A stretch of 64,000 nucleotides of DNA from Antedon mediterranea. Taxonomy: Eukaryota; Animalia; Echinodermata. The notes beneath the pieces are model-generated. The model ran no database searches. It worked only from the letters and a program-made list of their open reading frames with translations, and had not been told where the DNA came from. The stretch is from assembly GCF_964355755.1 (NCBI RefSeq), contig NC_092673.1:14542948-14606947 (forward strand), written 5' to 3'. Shown here piece by piece: positions 1 to 13,222 of this stretch; position 1 is the stretch's first letter; every line of letters starts with the position of its first letter. A program made the translations under genes and the position numbers.

Positions 1-1200
1 CTGGTCCACGGTAGAAAGACCTGTCATACAAATGATACAAGAATAACGATCCGCATATAGAAGTGACCAATTATGTGGTGGTTAAACAATAGATACAATC
101 CTGAATGCAAAGAAATGTACTCACCTTATCACCGTAGTCATCAAATGTAAATGCATGATTGCTGGAAAGAGCATGGACAATAGCAGCTCCGTCAAACACC
201 TTTACATCAAAATCTGTAGGAGGTTCAGGCTGGCCTTCATTCTCCAAATGCTGTAGCAACTCAGACTTCTTAGTTGGTAGTCGAAGCTTTCCATTTACTG
301 CCAAAGAGGGTGGCCATGGCTGGTTTTCATGCATGAAGAAGTCTCTTAACTTGTTGCTTTGTTTTGGACACTGATTTTGACAGTGGTGTGTTGAACAACG
401 GCAGCTTATTCTGTTTGATGGCTTGTTGAATTGCAACACTTTTGTCGAGAATAACTTCCTTGAAATATTTTTGGTACTGGGTAGTACCTACATCCTGAAT
501 TGTACGAACTGTCACTACTGCACTTTCATTGGCACAATCTCGAGCATCCAAGACCAGAAGTTCTGAACAATTATCGAGGAATGGGTTGCCTGCATTTGAA
601 ATTGTTTCGTGTAGCCTGTTGACCTGAACTTTAAATGTTTAAATGTGTAGACAGTCCTTGTTCTCGTTGCTTAAAGTCATTCGGATCATAAACCATGAAC
701 TGACTCTCGAACTCTGTAATCAGTCTCGCTTGTTCTGGCCCCGCCACCATCCACCTCCTAAACGCTGTTGGATTTTCAGTAAGTCCGACTGCACCCCCAG
801 TTCCTTTTACTAATTCGTTCTGCTCATGAGATTGGTCAATGTCCCTAATGTGGATGGGAATCCATCGGGCATAGTTATTTTTTTTTTTTGTATTTTGTAT
901 TAATATTTTGTCCTCAGTGAGGAAATTCGGATTAGGCCCTCCACGGACCCACGGCAGCTACCAGATTAGGCAATGAGAGTAAAGATAACCTCGAACCCAT
1001 GCCTATCACATGCTAGTCCGATATTACCATTACACCATCACTCTAGGACGATCCATAGCAAAAAACCAGGGTACCAGAGCTTCCAGTGACTCTACATATA
1101 GCGTGAAGTCCCTTGTGCGGAGGGCACGAACGAACATCAGAACAGTTAATTCAAATTCTAGAATAATATCCCAGTACTGAAAGGTTGCATGCATTGGCTG
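1..1200 (-). pseudogene. Degraded Academ-like DNA transposase fragment (interrupted by a SINE)
   Basis: Minus-strand peptides LMFVRALRTRDFTLYVESLEALVPWFFAMDRP / NYARWIPIH / DQSHEQN-ELVKGTGGAVGLTENPTAFRRWMVAGPEQAR / HENQPWPPSLAVNGKLR..KSELL / VFDGAAIVHAL..TFDDY, broken by frameshifts. The motif set is recalled as Academ (transposase plus XPG/PIN-like domain). Confidence 0.6.
878..1043 (-). mobile_element. tRNA-derived SINE
   Basis: Minus strand shows an A-box-like TGGTGTAATGG, a B-box-like GGTTCGAG and an A-rich tail. It splits the Academ reading frame at the DRP/NYARW junction, with TA on both sides. Confidence 0.65.
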
Positions 1201-1339
1201 CTTATATTTTTTTAAGGATCATTTTTATAATTAGACAGCAGAATAGTTTTTTTATTCTCACAATATTTATGATAATTTGCAGAGATAAACCTGTCCATGT
1301 GAAGGTAAATGACATTTTTTCACATAAATTATGTAATAC

Positions 1340-2807
1340 TGTTAGAGCCCTACAGTTACTAGTCCTGTATATTACAATTACTACTGTATATAGATATATA
1401 ATACAACCTATAATCCTACTACCCTAGATATAGACATTCCTAACCTATTGATCTCAGCTCCGTTTCCATGGTAATTGATGAGTATAATATTAGTGTCCGT
1501 GTGACTACCTGCAGACGGAAGAGGACGAAGAAAATACCAGCTACAAACCATGTTCCAGAGAGGAAGCAGTGAACGGCTTCCAGCATTCTGATGATGAGTC
1601 CGATGTGGAAGATTATATATTTACAGAGGCAAGGCTTCCTCCAGATTATATTCCAAACTCAGACTTGAATGCGAGTGCCCAGTCGTTTGTGCCAGAACTT
1701 GTAAAAATATACCAGATGGAGACCAACACCCAGTAGTGTAAGACCAAAATGCTATGGATACTGTTCATGATACAGATACATTGGAGATACAATCAGACCT
1801 GACCACAGATGCAGATGATGTACATCAATTACCACCAAGGACCCGTAGGCCACCAACTAGACCAATTTGCTAACCTATATTCATCGACTGTGAACTCAAA
1901 TGGAAGGATCACCAATGGTTACCAACCTGCGATGTATTGGACCAATCCACAGATGATGTATGTATCGTTATTAACAGAATATTATAGCAACAATTAAGAT
2001 ATTGACACTAAATATTTTTTTTATTAAACATAACTGTGTATCTAGAGAACGAGATTTGGTTATATGGTCATTGAATTTAATTTATATATTATATTATTAG
2101 TACGATAGATAAAGTAGCAGCCAGCTTGGCAGCAGACATTATAAAGTTTAAAATGTTATACGGTCATTTGTTAAAATATTGAGATTTTCGATTGAGGCTT
2201 GTCCTATTTGAGTTTATGTTCTGTAGCACGCGTGTTTAAGCCCTTTTTAGGAAGCGTGTATGGTGTAATGCACCAAAGTTTTATTCATTTTAATTAAATT
2301 TTGTTTTGTTTTGGTGTGATACACCAAAGTCATATACATTTTAATTACATTTTGTTTGAGTACCGCCCTGTAGGTGTGATGCACCAACAATGTGTTGAAG
2401 ACATTGTGTCTTGATGTGGTGTGATCCACACACATTTTTTTTTTATATATATCTTTCTTTAAGTTACGACTTGAAAAAAGATTTTGATCCAGTTGATAGC
2501 CAGCCATTAGGTATGGACTGATTTGTATGTTTTCTTTTTATTTTAGAGTTTAGTGTTGAATGTCGGGACGACATTAATTGAAGTGGGGGGGAGGATGTTA
2601 GAGCCCTACAGTTACTAGTCCTGTACATTACAATTACTACTGTATATAGATATATAATACAACCTAACCTATTGATCTCAGCTCCGTTTCCATGGTAATT
2701 GATGAGTATAATATTAGTGTAAGGGGAGTTGGAATTATCAGATCTATATTCTGTTGTGAAATACTGAAACAGTGTACGAGTATTTATGTTTATACGACCC
2801 GGTAACA
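1340..2807 (+). mobile_element. Internally deleted LTR retrotransposon (Gypsy-like)
   Basis: Truncated 5' LTR at 1340-~1496 matches the full 3' LTR at 2596-2807 (TGTTA...TAACA). A polypurine tract (AAGT, G-run, AGGA) directly precedes 2596. The 4-bp TSD ATAC is at 1336-1339 and 2808-2811. Confidence 0.85.
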
Positions 2808-3961
2808 ATACTAAAAAAAGGGCGTGGTCCAAATGACGTCGTTAAATTGTTCCGATTTTTGGGCACCCCTTCTAGTAGGGATAACGATGTAAAATTAAAA
2901 ATTATACATTCCCTGTGATAGTACCGTACTTTAATATTTATTATATAAAAAAGTGTGTTTATTTAACCTCATTCGAAGAATTTCAATGCATTATTTTCCC
3001 GTGTAATTGGGACAGGCCTGACACCATGTGACTTCAAGGCACTAAAATACCATTGAGGCTCTCGGAATTTTCCAAAAATTATTTTTAAAATGGACAAAAC
3101 AGATATTTTTCATGGTATATGGGTTGTTACTATTAAATATTCGAATCATAAAGGCCTCATATCGGGATAGATAGAGTTTTTTTAGCACTTAAAATTAATA
3201 TTTTTCTTAGTAACAAGCACATGGTATGTGGAACTATATTATCTTGGTGTAGGAATAAAATACATTTTGAGATCATAAGAGGCTCAACTACAAAAATAAG
3301 GTTGAAAATGGTAGGTCATTGAGCCTTCCGAGGGTTTCGTAGTAAACAAAAGCTATACGCGCTAGGCAATAACGATCTTTTAACCACTATATTCACATTT
3401 TTGGTTGAATGAAATGGAAATAAAAAATACTTGATCTTATAGAATAATAGGTAAATGAATATTTACTCAAAAGGATATTTTTATAATTAATTTATTTTCA
3501 GAATAATTACCTAATAAAAAGTGTTTACCAAAGTAAAAATCTTCATAAAAAAATGGAAGTTAGCAACCCTGCTATTAGGAAAATCCTACAATTGACATGC
3601 TGAGACTACATCATCCAAGCAGAATTGTTTGTCTGGTAAAAAACTTTGCATATTCAGGTGTGTTTCATATATTTGAGCAAATTGATTAGCTGCAAAAAAT
3701 AATGTTTAATAGGAGTGCTTATCAATTCAGATACAGTATTACATTTTCTGCAAAGTAGAAACATTTCTTGAATTTGCGTTTTATTAATGTGTATCATTTC
3801 CATTTTGTAGTTTTGTAGAACTTTTGTGAACCACTTTGGAAATCAATATATTTGTATAAATAATAATTAATTATGCAAAAAGTGCTCAACAAATTTTCTG
3901 TTGAGCAAGAAAGTTTCCAATCGAATACGACAATTGTTTCCTTTTTTATAATCTGTTAACA

Positions 3962-6560
3962 GACATGACAATATTATTGGTACAGATATAAAGACTCGGA
4001 AAAAAAGAAGACCTGCTGCAAAGACAACTTGGTTCCAAGATGTCCTGGGTAGTCAGTGTGTTGCAAAGAAGTTGGGCCTTTGTGTCATCGATACAGGACA
4101 CACATCTACCAATACATGGTATCACTGTGTTTGTGCTGGTGTGGCCAGCAATGTTGTCAAGAAAGAAGTGGATTTTGTTTGTTGTCTATGTAGACAAGGA
4201 TTTTGAGAAGGTTTAAATTATATTCTTTCTTTTCAATAATTTATGTATGATTTTAAATTCTTTTTTCTGTAAAAATATTATTTTACATTTGTTTTCAGCT
4301 TCTTACAATGGCCTCCCTTTTCAAAAAGAAAAGAGTCAACTGCTAGAAGCAAATCTGTAAATCTAAAAATGACAGACATCAATTCAACAAACCTTAATGC
4401 TGGAATAAGCAGTGCCATTGTGGATTCTTATGTAAGGTAGGGAAGTGCTCATTTTCGAAACATGATCTCATTATCATGGTACTGAAAGTTTTTTGTTATT
4501 TGTTTTGTAAATGGTAATAAATGTGTCGTGTAGCACTATGTAAATTGTATATAACAATACTGTCAAATGATTAGTTAGCAAGAGTCCGAGATAATAGAAA
4601 ATGCGACTCTATGACACAAACGTGTTCGAACGTCGATGTTTTTGCATGACACAAACGCGCTACAACCGCTCCGGGTCCGTTTGGAAAGGCGTGTCGGGAA
4701 CGTGGTCTTTCTCATGAATATTAAATTAGATGCACTAATTAGAACGGTTGATTGTCAAACACGTGTCAACAACGGTCAAAATTGAAACACGTTCTTGTTG
4801 TTTGAAATAATTTACCGAAAGCTACGAAATCCAGCAGTTGTGTTAGCAAAAGAACCCTTAGTCGACGCACACATGAAACTTTAAAAAAAAAACAAACACA
4901 ACCTTTTTTTTTTTGTGTTTTTGCTGAATTAATTAAATTTCTTTAAGGAGCAAAAAAATCTGTCTCTTTTTTTTTGGAGACTACGAGTTTTTGTTACGGG
5001 TGTATAAGCTCAATGGATCAAATGGTAAGATACAGTATCTTTTTAATATGCATTTAAATGAGGCGATGTGCCAAAAGACCACAGGTCTATAAACACACTG
5101 TACGAATACTTTCAATTATTCGAAGCTTCTGGAATTGCAAACTCCAAGGAGTTAATCAGAAAAACAATGGTGCCATTTGACATCGATCATGTAGGAGATA
5201 TATATTTTTGGTTAAATATTGTTGTCATAGTTATGCACTGAGTTATCAATTGTATGACCTACCATATGAACACAGCCTTTGGGTGACCATGACACACAAT
5301 ATATCACAATACAGTCTGAAATGTATTAATAATAAAGTAATGCTAATTAGTACTAATATAAAATCTTGAGGTTACATTTGAAAATGTGTTATTATTGCAG
5401 GTAAATGTATCAAGCCTCTATATTTCTTTGGGAGAAAAAAAATTGTATGACCTCTTAGAAAATGAAATGCACTCATTGGATTCCGAGATCTTCAGGTTGC
5501 GGCGTCAAAAATGTTGACCAAATTATTGTAGAGCAGGCTGCAACAAATTCAGCGTTGATCAAACAGATATCGGATATGCAAGCACAAATTTCTCACAATG
5601 AAGATGAAATTTCACTGGTATGTTAAGTACTAATAATATTATACTTTTTCTGGATGCATAATTAATTATTCAAAAATAGTTTACACAGATTATGTATATT
5701 TTTTAGGAAACAAAATTGAACAAATACTTGAAATAGAGTTCTCCAACAAAACAACATTCCTCGTCAAGCCTATCATGGGAAGGCCTTTGTAGGCACCTAT
5801 GTACACAAGTGTTGCCAGGTGATTAAAAAAATAAACACTACACCATCTACTTAAGATAGTATACAGTAGCTTAATTCAAATTTAGTAATACTGTAATAAT
5901 AAAAAGTAAGTGTTGTATGTTGTAATGTTTTAATATTCGGAAAATATTGTTCACAGGTTGATATTATTCAACAACTAACAACTGCATCAAACCGGATTGT
6001 AGAGGAACAAATCTTAGATATCCAAATTGATCATCTTGGAAAATTACAAGCAAACCTTATGGAACTTTTTACATCTTCCAACAATTTTCAAAAATACACA
6101 AGGCAATAAACCATACCAATACAATGACTGAGAATGAAATTGATATTGTTGGTAAGAAAAAAATGTTAACTATAAAATATCTAGTTATAAAATCTGAATT
6201 GAGTTTCCATCACTCAGCTGCTTAAGTAATGGACTTATTGAAAAATTAATTAAATATTAATTTAATTACAGGTTCAAATATATCAGACAATTGCAGAAAA
6301 TTGGAGATAAACATACCTCCAAAATTGCATCGAATTTCATGTTGTGGAATTTTTAAAGCGATGGAATGTTGGAATCAGTTTGTTAAATAAGCAGGGGGTG
6401 AACTTATTCGCTTGTCATTCAACAAAAAAAGAAGTCTGTATGGTGTCAAGTCAGCTCTGGCAAAAACCATGTCAGTGATGAAGAATCAATTAATTCTTAC
6501 ACAAGCTGAAGTACATGAAGCAAAGATAAAACATGCTGTGAAAAGGAAGAGCAAGATACA
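3962..6560 (+). pseudogene. Decayed spliced RAG1-like/Chapaev-like transposase with partial PHD finger
   Basis: Exonic remnants TWYHCVCAGV..DFVCCLC (~4114-4190), FFGDYEFLLRVY (~4970-5010), CIKPLYISLG (~5406), NIPRQAYHGKAFVG (~5753) and IPPKLH..HVVEFLKRW..LLNKQG (~6314-6400). These are collinear with the ORF at 27765-29540; many stops and frameshifts. Confidence 0.75.
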
Positions 6561-6705
6561 AATTGTCACAAACTAGGTCACTGCAATCCCTGAAAAGAAA
6601 TATGGCAGATTTTGATGATGCAGGGGCTAAAAAAGATATGTAAATGGATGCGTCACAAAGTGTGATCAGGGAACCAATGATCGAAATTGACCAGGTTACT
6701 AATGC

Positions 6706-6740
<35 letters not shown>
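6706..6740. repeat. (AT)n microsatellite
   Basis: Perfect AT dinucleotide run. Confidence 0.95.
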
Positions 6741-6742
<2 letters not shown>

Positions 6743-7169
6743 TTAATGTAAGTTAAATTTAATTGTTTTATTGGGATTTTAGATGAAACGATCAAAAGCC
6801 TTTCCTATCAATACAAAATTGAAGAAAGAACGGCGTCACAAACTGAACTGAACTGAACTGAAGCCCTTACAATTGTCTTGAAAGATAGATATTTGAAGGT
6901 AAAAATAATGATTTTATAAATTTCATACAAAATGCTAATATTTTAATATCAACCTCATCCATGCTAAAATCTTTCTTCTCACTCTTTCGCAAGGATATCG
7001 ACGAGGCTAATCCCTCCAGTATTTCAATTTCCCAGATCTTCTCTTTGTTTACGAACGGAAATTTTTCTTTTCTTGGTTCGGGCTTTTGCGTTAGTTCAAA
7101 CAATCCAAACACTGATAGCTGAAGCTGAATGGAAGGACGTAGCAGCCAGCGAACAGTGGATCCGAATTT

Positions 7170-7671
7170 TTTAATTTTTAGCGTCATTTTACTAGCACTT
7201 TATGTAGACATAGGAGCCAGTGGAAGAACTGGGGAAGCTGGAGTGTTTTCAGCTTCTTCTCTAAAAGGATCATTGGATAAGGACAATTTAAATTTTCCAG
7301 GCGCCAAAGATATTAATGGTCCTGTACAGTATCACATAATTGGCGATGATGCATTTCCAATGTCTACTAGAATCATGAAACCTTTTCCTCACAGAAATCT
7401 GAACCATGATAAGCGCATATTTAATTATCGTTTGTCTAGAGCAGGATGCGTGGAAAAAATGCCTTTGGTATACTTGCCAACAGATTCAGAGTACAATTAA
7501 TTTAGTGTTAGGCATTACAGCTGATGAATCGCGACAAGAACCAGTTCTATAGGCCTTGCTCCAAATTGTCAAAAAAATACAAGTCAACAGGCTAAAGTCC
7601 AGAGACAAAATGTAGCTAATTTTTTTACTTCAAATAGGTCCTTGTCATGGCAAGAGAAGGCAATACACTAA
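7170..7671 (+). pseudogene. PIF/Harbinger transposase (HARBI1-like) C-terminal fragment
   Basis: YVDIGASGR..GVF, YHIIGDDAFPMSTRIMKPF, FNYRLSRA motifs, followed by a frameshift. Confidence 0.85.
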
Positions 7672-7674
7672 TCT

Positions 7675-8190
7675 TACCATTTCCAAATTTGACATTGTCT
7701 TTTAGCAACATATGGTGCCATGAATTTTAGCTTCTCCAACAGCCATTTTGAATGCTTTAGTGTTTTCCCGTTCAGATCCACTAGACAATTTGGTCGACTT
7801 TGTAAACGATTTCCTTAATTGTCTCATTTTTGTTTTCAGTCTCAACTGAAAAAAAAATTAATTTTAAACATTAATTGATTATTAATTGTATGTTAGTTTC
7901 AATGATATTCACCATTAAGTGTTTTTGTTGATTTACATTGTTTATATTTGTAAGTATACATTCCATTCCTACATGATCCATTTTGATGGAAAACCGGCAT
8001 CATAATTACCAGAAAAAGTTTGCGAATACTGTTACAATTTAACTGTGTCAATAGACTTTAAAACTATGAATTTGTATAATTACCAGATTTATTACATTTT
8101 TCCGCAATGAACTCCAATGTCTGCTGATGCTTGTACGCTGTTCTGAATTCAAAAACCATCGTTTTCAACAAAGTTACGTTTTCTCTGATG
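7675..8190 (-). pseudogene. Myb/SANT (MADF)-like accessory gene remnant of the same Harbinger element
   Basis: Minus-strand exon LKTKMRQLRKSF..SGS..KWLLEKLKFMAPYV bounded by ttttcag and gtaag, convergent with the transposase fragment. Confidence 0.5.
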
Positions 8191-10736
8191 ACCCGCTAAT
8201 CAGTCACATGTGAAGTGTCATCATGAAAAGACATGTAAAGAGGAGGAGTCAAGAGTTTGGCTTCACGCGCGCGTGCCATGCAAAGACACGCATATCATGC
8301 ATGCTTCAATTTTCATCATGCCATTCATTTTTATCCCGCGCGGACACTGTACTTTTTTGTCAAGGACACAACTTTCTTTTTTACTGCTGGGAAGACGTCA
8401 TTGAAGCAATAGCAATTCAAGTAGGCCTATCATTCATTTGTTTCTGCAAGTTAATTTGTTATGGAAAAAAGTCGATCTAATCATCCGTTTATACCTGCAG
8501 ATAGACATTACGATCTCAAACTTTCACGTAATTTTTGGTTTTGAATGTCTGAATAAAGTTCATATGAAAACCATTAATAACATTATAAATATTACTAAAC
8601 TAGGTATCTCTAAATTTGTATATGGTAATATTAACGATATCTCTCAGATTGTATACTTTGAACTAAGAATACGCAAATATCCAAGCGAAATAATGAATAG
8701 AATCTTCAATAAAAGATTACCTGACATTTTTGTTCGATGATATTTGTGTATAGCCTATTTCTTCATAAAACCTTAATTTGGTATGCTTATGTATGTATAC
8801 GCATGTGTATATGTGGGTATAGATATATATGTGTATAAGTGTTTGGTACGTTTGTATGTATGATGTACTTGTATATATATATACACATATGTATGTGTAT
8901 ATGTATATCGACCTATATGTGTTTATGTATGTCTAATTTAAAAAGAAATTATGAATGTAAACAAAGAAAGAAACACATTTTAATTTGTATTTATTTTCAA
9001 GCAAAGCAAGAATTAAAAAGAGAAAAACATTTTTGTTAATTGATAATGTATTTATAAAAAAAAAAAAGTATATTAAAGAAAGGAAATGAATTAATGATGA
9101 CATGTATAAAAATTAATTAAAGATAAAAACGCATCTTAGTTGTATTTATGAAAAAATTGTTCAAAGAGTAAAAAAAACTGTTAATTGATAACGCATTATA
9201 AAATGAAGAAAATGCATTAACGTTAACTTGTGTAAAAATTAATTAAAGATAAAAACGCAGTTAAGTTGTATTTACTTTCAAGAACAAACAAATAACAAAA
9301 TTGCAATTGCATAAATATATATTACAGTTTTTATATGATGTTTGTTTGAAATAAAAGTGGGATGGTCCCACAAAAAAAAAAAAAAAAAGTTAATTTGTTT
9401 AAAATTTACAATGTCGGTACTGGTCCATTGAACAGAAACGAATCAAACCAGCATATTACATGATTCAATGGTTCAGAAAAGACTGACAGATCCAACACAA
9501 CTTGGTTGGTGACCCACCCCAGATAGGTCTAGGCTAAGCATGGATGGAAGGCATCCTGCAAAGGTAGTCGCAATAAATGGTAGGTAAAATCTAAAAAATA
9601 CCCAAGGCCTATATATTTTAGAAATGTTAGGATTGAATTAATAGTTTTATTTGTAACATCTGTAGTTATTGTTATTATGAACTAACGTGAACATTGTTTT
9701 ATATTTTTCCTCCTTGTTTTTAGATATATATTATATATTTTGTTATTGTTAGAATGCTCTCACTAACTTTGATAATGACATTTTTATCTTTTTTTATGTC
9801 TTTTCAGATTTCGTTTGTAAACAATATACTAGTATGACGTCTTCAATGGTACGCAGCAAAATGACGCTTAAGTGCAAAGACACTAGACATAGTGTAAAAC
9901 GAATGGAACAAGAAATTTAAAACTATCATTGTTATTCTCGGGAATTTTAAAGGTTTTTCGCACCGCTTCTTGAGGCAGTTTCTTTATTATACGTATAAAC
10001 TTGAAAATGTCTGTTGTATTCTATATTTACTGCCAACGTGATGTTGAATGTGTATAGTATGTGATGTGACTTCTCTGTGAATATTCTGTGTTGACAGTGT
10101 GATCTTTTTGTGACCACTCTGTGCTGACAGTGTGATTACTCTGTGTTGACTGTGTACTGACAGTCATCACTGTGTGATCTTTTTGTGACCTCTCTGTGTA
10201 GACTGTATGCTAACCCTGTGTTGACAGTATATACACTCTGTGTTGAAACTGTGATGACTATGTGTTCCACTCAGTGCAAATATCACGAATTACTCTACTT
10301 ACCTACTACTACTACAGTACTAATACTACTAGGCATACTACTACTAGTAAATATTTACCTGTTTAAGTATTGAACTTGTTAACTTCCAAAAATGGTAAAC
10401 ATTTAGTGTTATGTTTCCGCGACCTTCCGTACCATTGTGTGTAAATATTTTTGAAAATTTTTGAAAATTTTTGTAGTTTTTAACATTTTTTAAATTTGTA
10501 AAAATTTTTTAAAACTTTTACATTTTTATAATGCAGGCCTATATCAATATTCTGATGTTTTCAGTTAAACTTGTTTTTAACATTTTAAATATATATTTAT
10601 TGTTCTTATAATAAGTGATATTTAATTGTAATTTTGTTTTAATATTTTGATTATTTTGAATTTCAATCTTTCGTTTGATTGCAATAAAGTTCTATTCGTA
10701 TCGTATTCGTAACTTGGCACGATCAACATATTCCGG

Positions 10737-11140
10737 AAGCAGAGTTTTGGGTGAAACTTGGAGGTGACAAGGGAGGCGGGTCATTCAAACAATGATCCAA
10801 ATCACACATGTTGCACACCCAAATTCACTCCAATATACAATTGTCAGTTGTTTTGAGGCAATGTACAATTCTCATAATCTCAATACGGGATTGATTCGTC
10901 TGCTGCCTCAGGTGGATAAACTCCAAAAGTCTGTCATCAGGTAAATATTTTTTATACTTCCCTATTAATATTCATAATTGCCTTAACAAAATTTAATAAA
11001 AAATAGAATGATTTTATTTTTTATTAAAATGGGTTTTTTCCCCCTTATACAACATTACAGAATTCAAGTCAGGAAAGTAGTCAGTCTCTTCATATCAGGT
11101 GACTATAAAATATATAGATATATGGATTGACCAGAGGACA
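10737..11140 (+). pseudogene. Second fragment of the RAG1-like/Chapaev-like transposase family (D1 and D2 exons)
   Basis: FWVKLGGDKGGGSFK..HPNS..CFEA..NL with a GT donor at ~10941, then VSLFISGDY at ~11080-11106. Matches WVKIGGDKGGPSTK..KPNS..VFLFGDY of the full element. Confidence 0.8.
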
Positions 11141-11927
11141 GCGATTGATGGATTTTGATGGATTGAGTATAATTTTGTTAAAAAATATTTCTTCTATATT
11201 AATTATGGATTCGGATCGCAAAGTGAATTTCAGACACTTATTTAGTGATGTAGAGAAAGTCGACTGTCCTTTATTTTTCGAAAATTGTGTTAATTGCAAG
11301 AGGGTTGACCGATAAGGTAAACAACATTTTTAAAATCAAACCATCTTATGGCAATTGGGCCCATATGTTGGTCCAAACACCCGCAAAGGGCCAATGGTCT
11401 GCAACACTGAAATCCGAAAAGTTAACAAGAACGACAATAATTTAAGTGAAGACTGTAGGGAGCTGACAGAAGAAAGGTTATTGGAAATGCTAGTTAAAAT
11501 ATGGGGATCTTCGAGCGAAATTTTGACAACACTGTACTCATGGTGTTTGTAGGGCATCAAGTTTGTCATTAGAGCAGAGAGCCCAAGAGACAAATTCAGT
11601 TCATGGAATACCAGCCTAATGTTGCTATGGATATGGCAAACATGAAAAAAAAATGTAATTTAAAGCCAGAGAATCGTTTTTGGATAAAATAATTCGTTTT
11701 CTACAGAAGTGAATAACTTTATTAAACCTACAAAATGGCATATTCAAAGTCTGAAAATACAATGTTTTTTATTTGAAAGAGGAATTAGAACCAGATCAGA
11801 AGGTGTTGCTGTGACATGATTTAACATTTGTTGCGCGTGTTTAGAATTGTCTTCTTGAATAAGGGCATAAGGAATTGTAATTTAATTAAGTATTTTAAAT
11901 GTTGTAACACCTACAATACCATTCTAT

Positions 11928-12045
11928 ATTAAAGCATCTAAATATCAAGAATGGCTAATTCATTTTTCCATTCCAGTATTACATGGAGTCATGCCTGAGG
12001 ACTTTTTTCAACATTATACATTGCTGGTTAATGGAATATGAAAAC
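11928..12045 (+). pseudogene. CACTA/EnSpm transposase fragment
   Basis: KASKYQEWLIHFSIPVLHGVMPEDFFQHYTLLVNGI resembles the WKA.E...LL.Y...L..H..LL motif. Confidence 0.55.
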
Positions 12046-13222
12046 GCTTTTGTAGTTTATTTCCTGATATATACTGTATATAAATTTTGAATTTAAAAGA
12101 ATCAAGTAGGCCTATCTCGTCTTCTGGATGGGACCTATTAAAAAAAGAGTAGGCGATCGTTTCCTGGTGTGCTGATCTGGTAGGCCCTGCCGTAGGTCCA
12201 TAGATGGCCTAATCCGATTTTGACACATCTCAGATGTTTGTGGAATATATGGCCCCTTATATGAGTGCTCATGCTTGGGGTTTTTAAATAAATGAATGCC
12301 AAATGTGATGATGTGCAGGTTGGGGAGGACAGGCAATATGGTCACGATTTTTCTCTTCCATGTGTAATCAACATTCAAACAGATCCTGTGGGCGATTCAC
12401 ATTATAACCCAGAACTAATTAATCTGGAACATACAGGTACTGGACACCATAGTAGTAGAGAGGCCATTGATGTTCAAGGCAAACTATCCACATTGTTTGA
12501 TTCAGAAGCTGAAAGAGTTACATGGCAAGACCATGTTTGTTTTGGCCATGCAAATTAAACAAACAAAATGAACATTTCATATAATACTAATAATTTTAAT
12601 CACTTTAAAATGTAAAGTAGAAGCATGCTATAGTCATGGATGTAGCATCTGCTTACATGTGTTGTGTCAACACCTCCAAGAAGCATCAAAAGCAAAGTAT
12701 ATCTTAACACATTACATAAGTTGTCCTTAATTTATCATCTGCTGGCACCTTTAAAGTATTCATCTACAGTTGACAGATGTAAGGTTCTTTTATTGAACTA
12801 TCTAAAGTGGATGAAACATTACCAGTAGCCTACTTTTAAAATGGGAGGTATATTCATATGTCAGTATATGACGGTGAACTCCAAGACTATGCAAAGTTCA
12901 AACGTGTTATTTGTACTGGAAACAAATTTGAAAGTAATTGATTGCAAATGGTGTAAATGGAAAATCTCCCGCATACACAAAGGTATGTGTCAAGAAAATG
13001 TAATCTGCAACAACATAGATGAACAGCATTCCAAGCAGTCAAAGGTAGAAGAGGGGGTTAAATGCTGTAGAAGTGTTTATTAAGAACCTCTCTTAGAAAA
13101 AGTACAAAATAAAAGTCATAAGATCTGGAAGACAGCATCATGTTGCTATTGGCAGCTTTGTAAACCAACTAAAAGACACTTTAAGAATACATGTGGAAAA
13201 TAATAATAAATCTTTTTTACAT

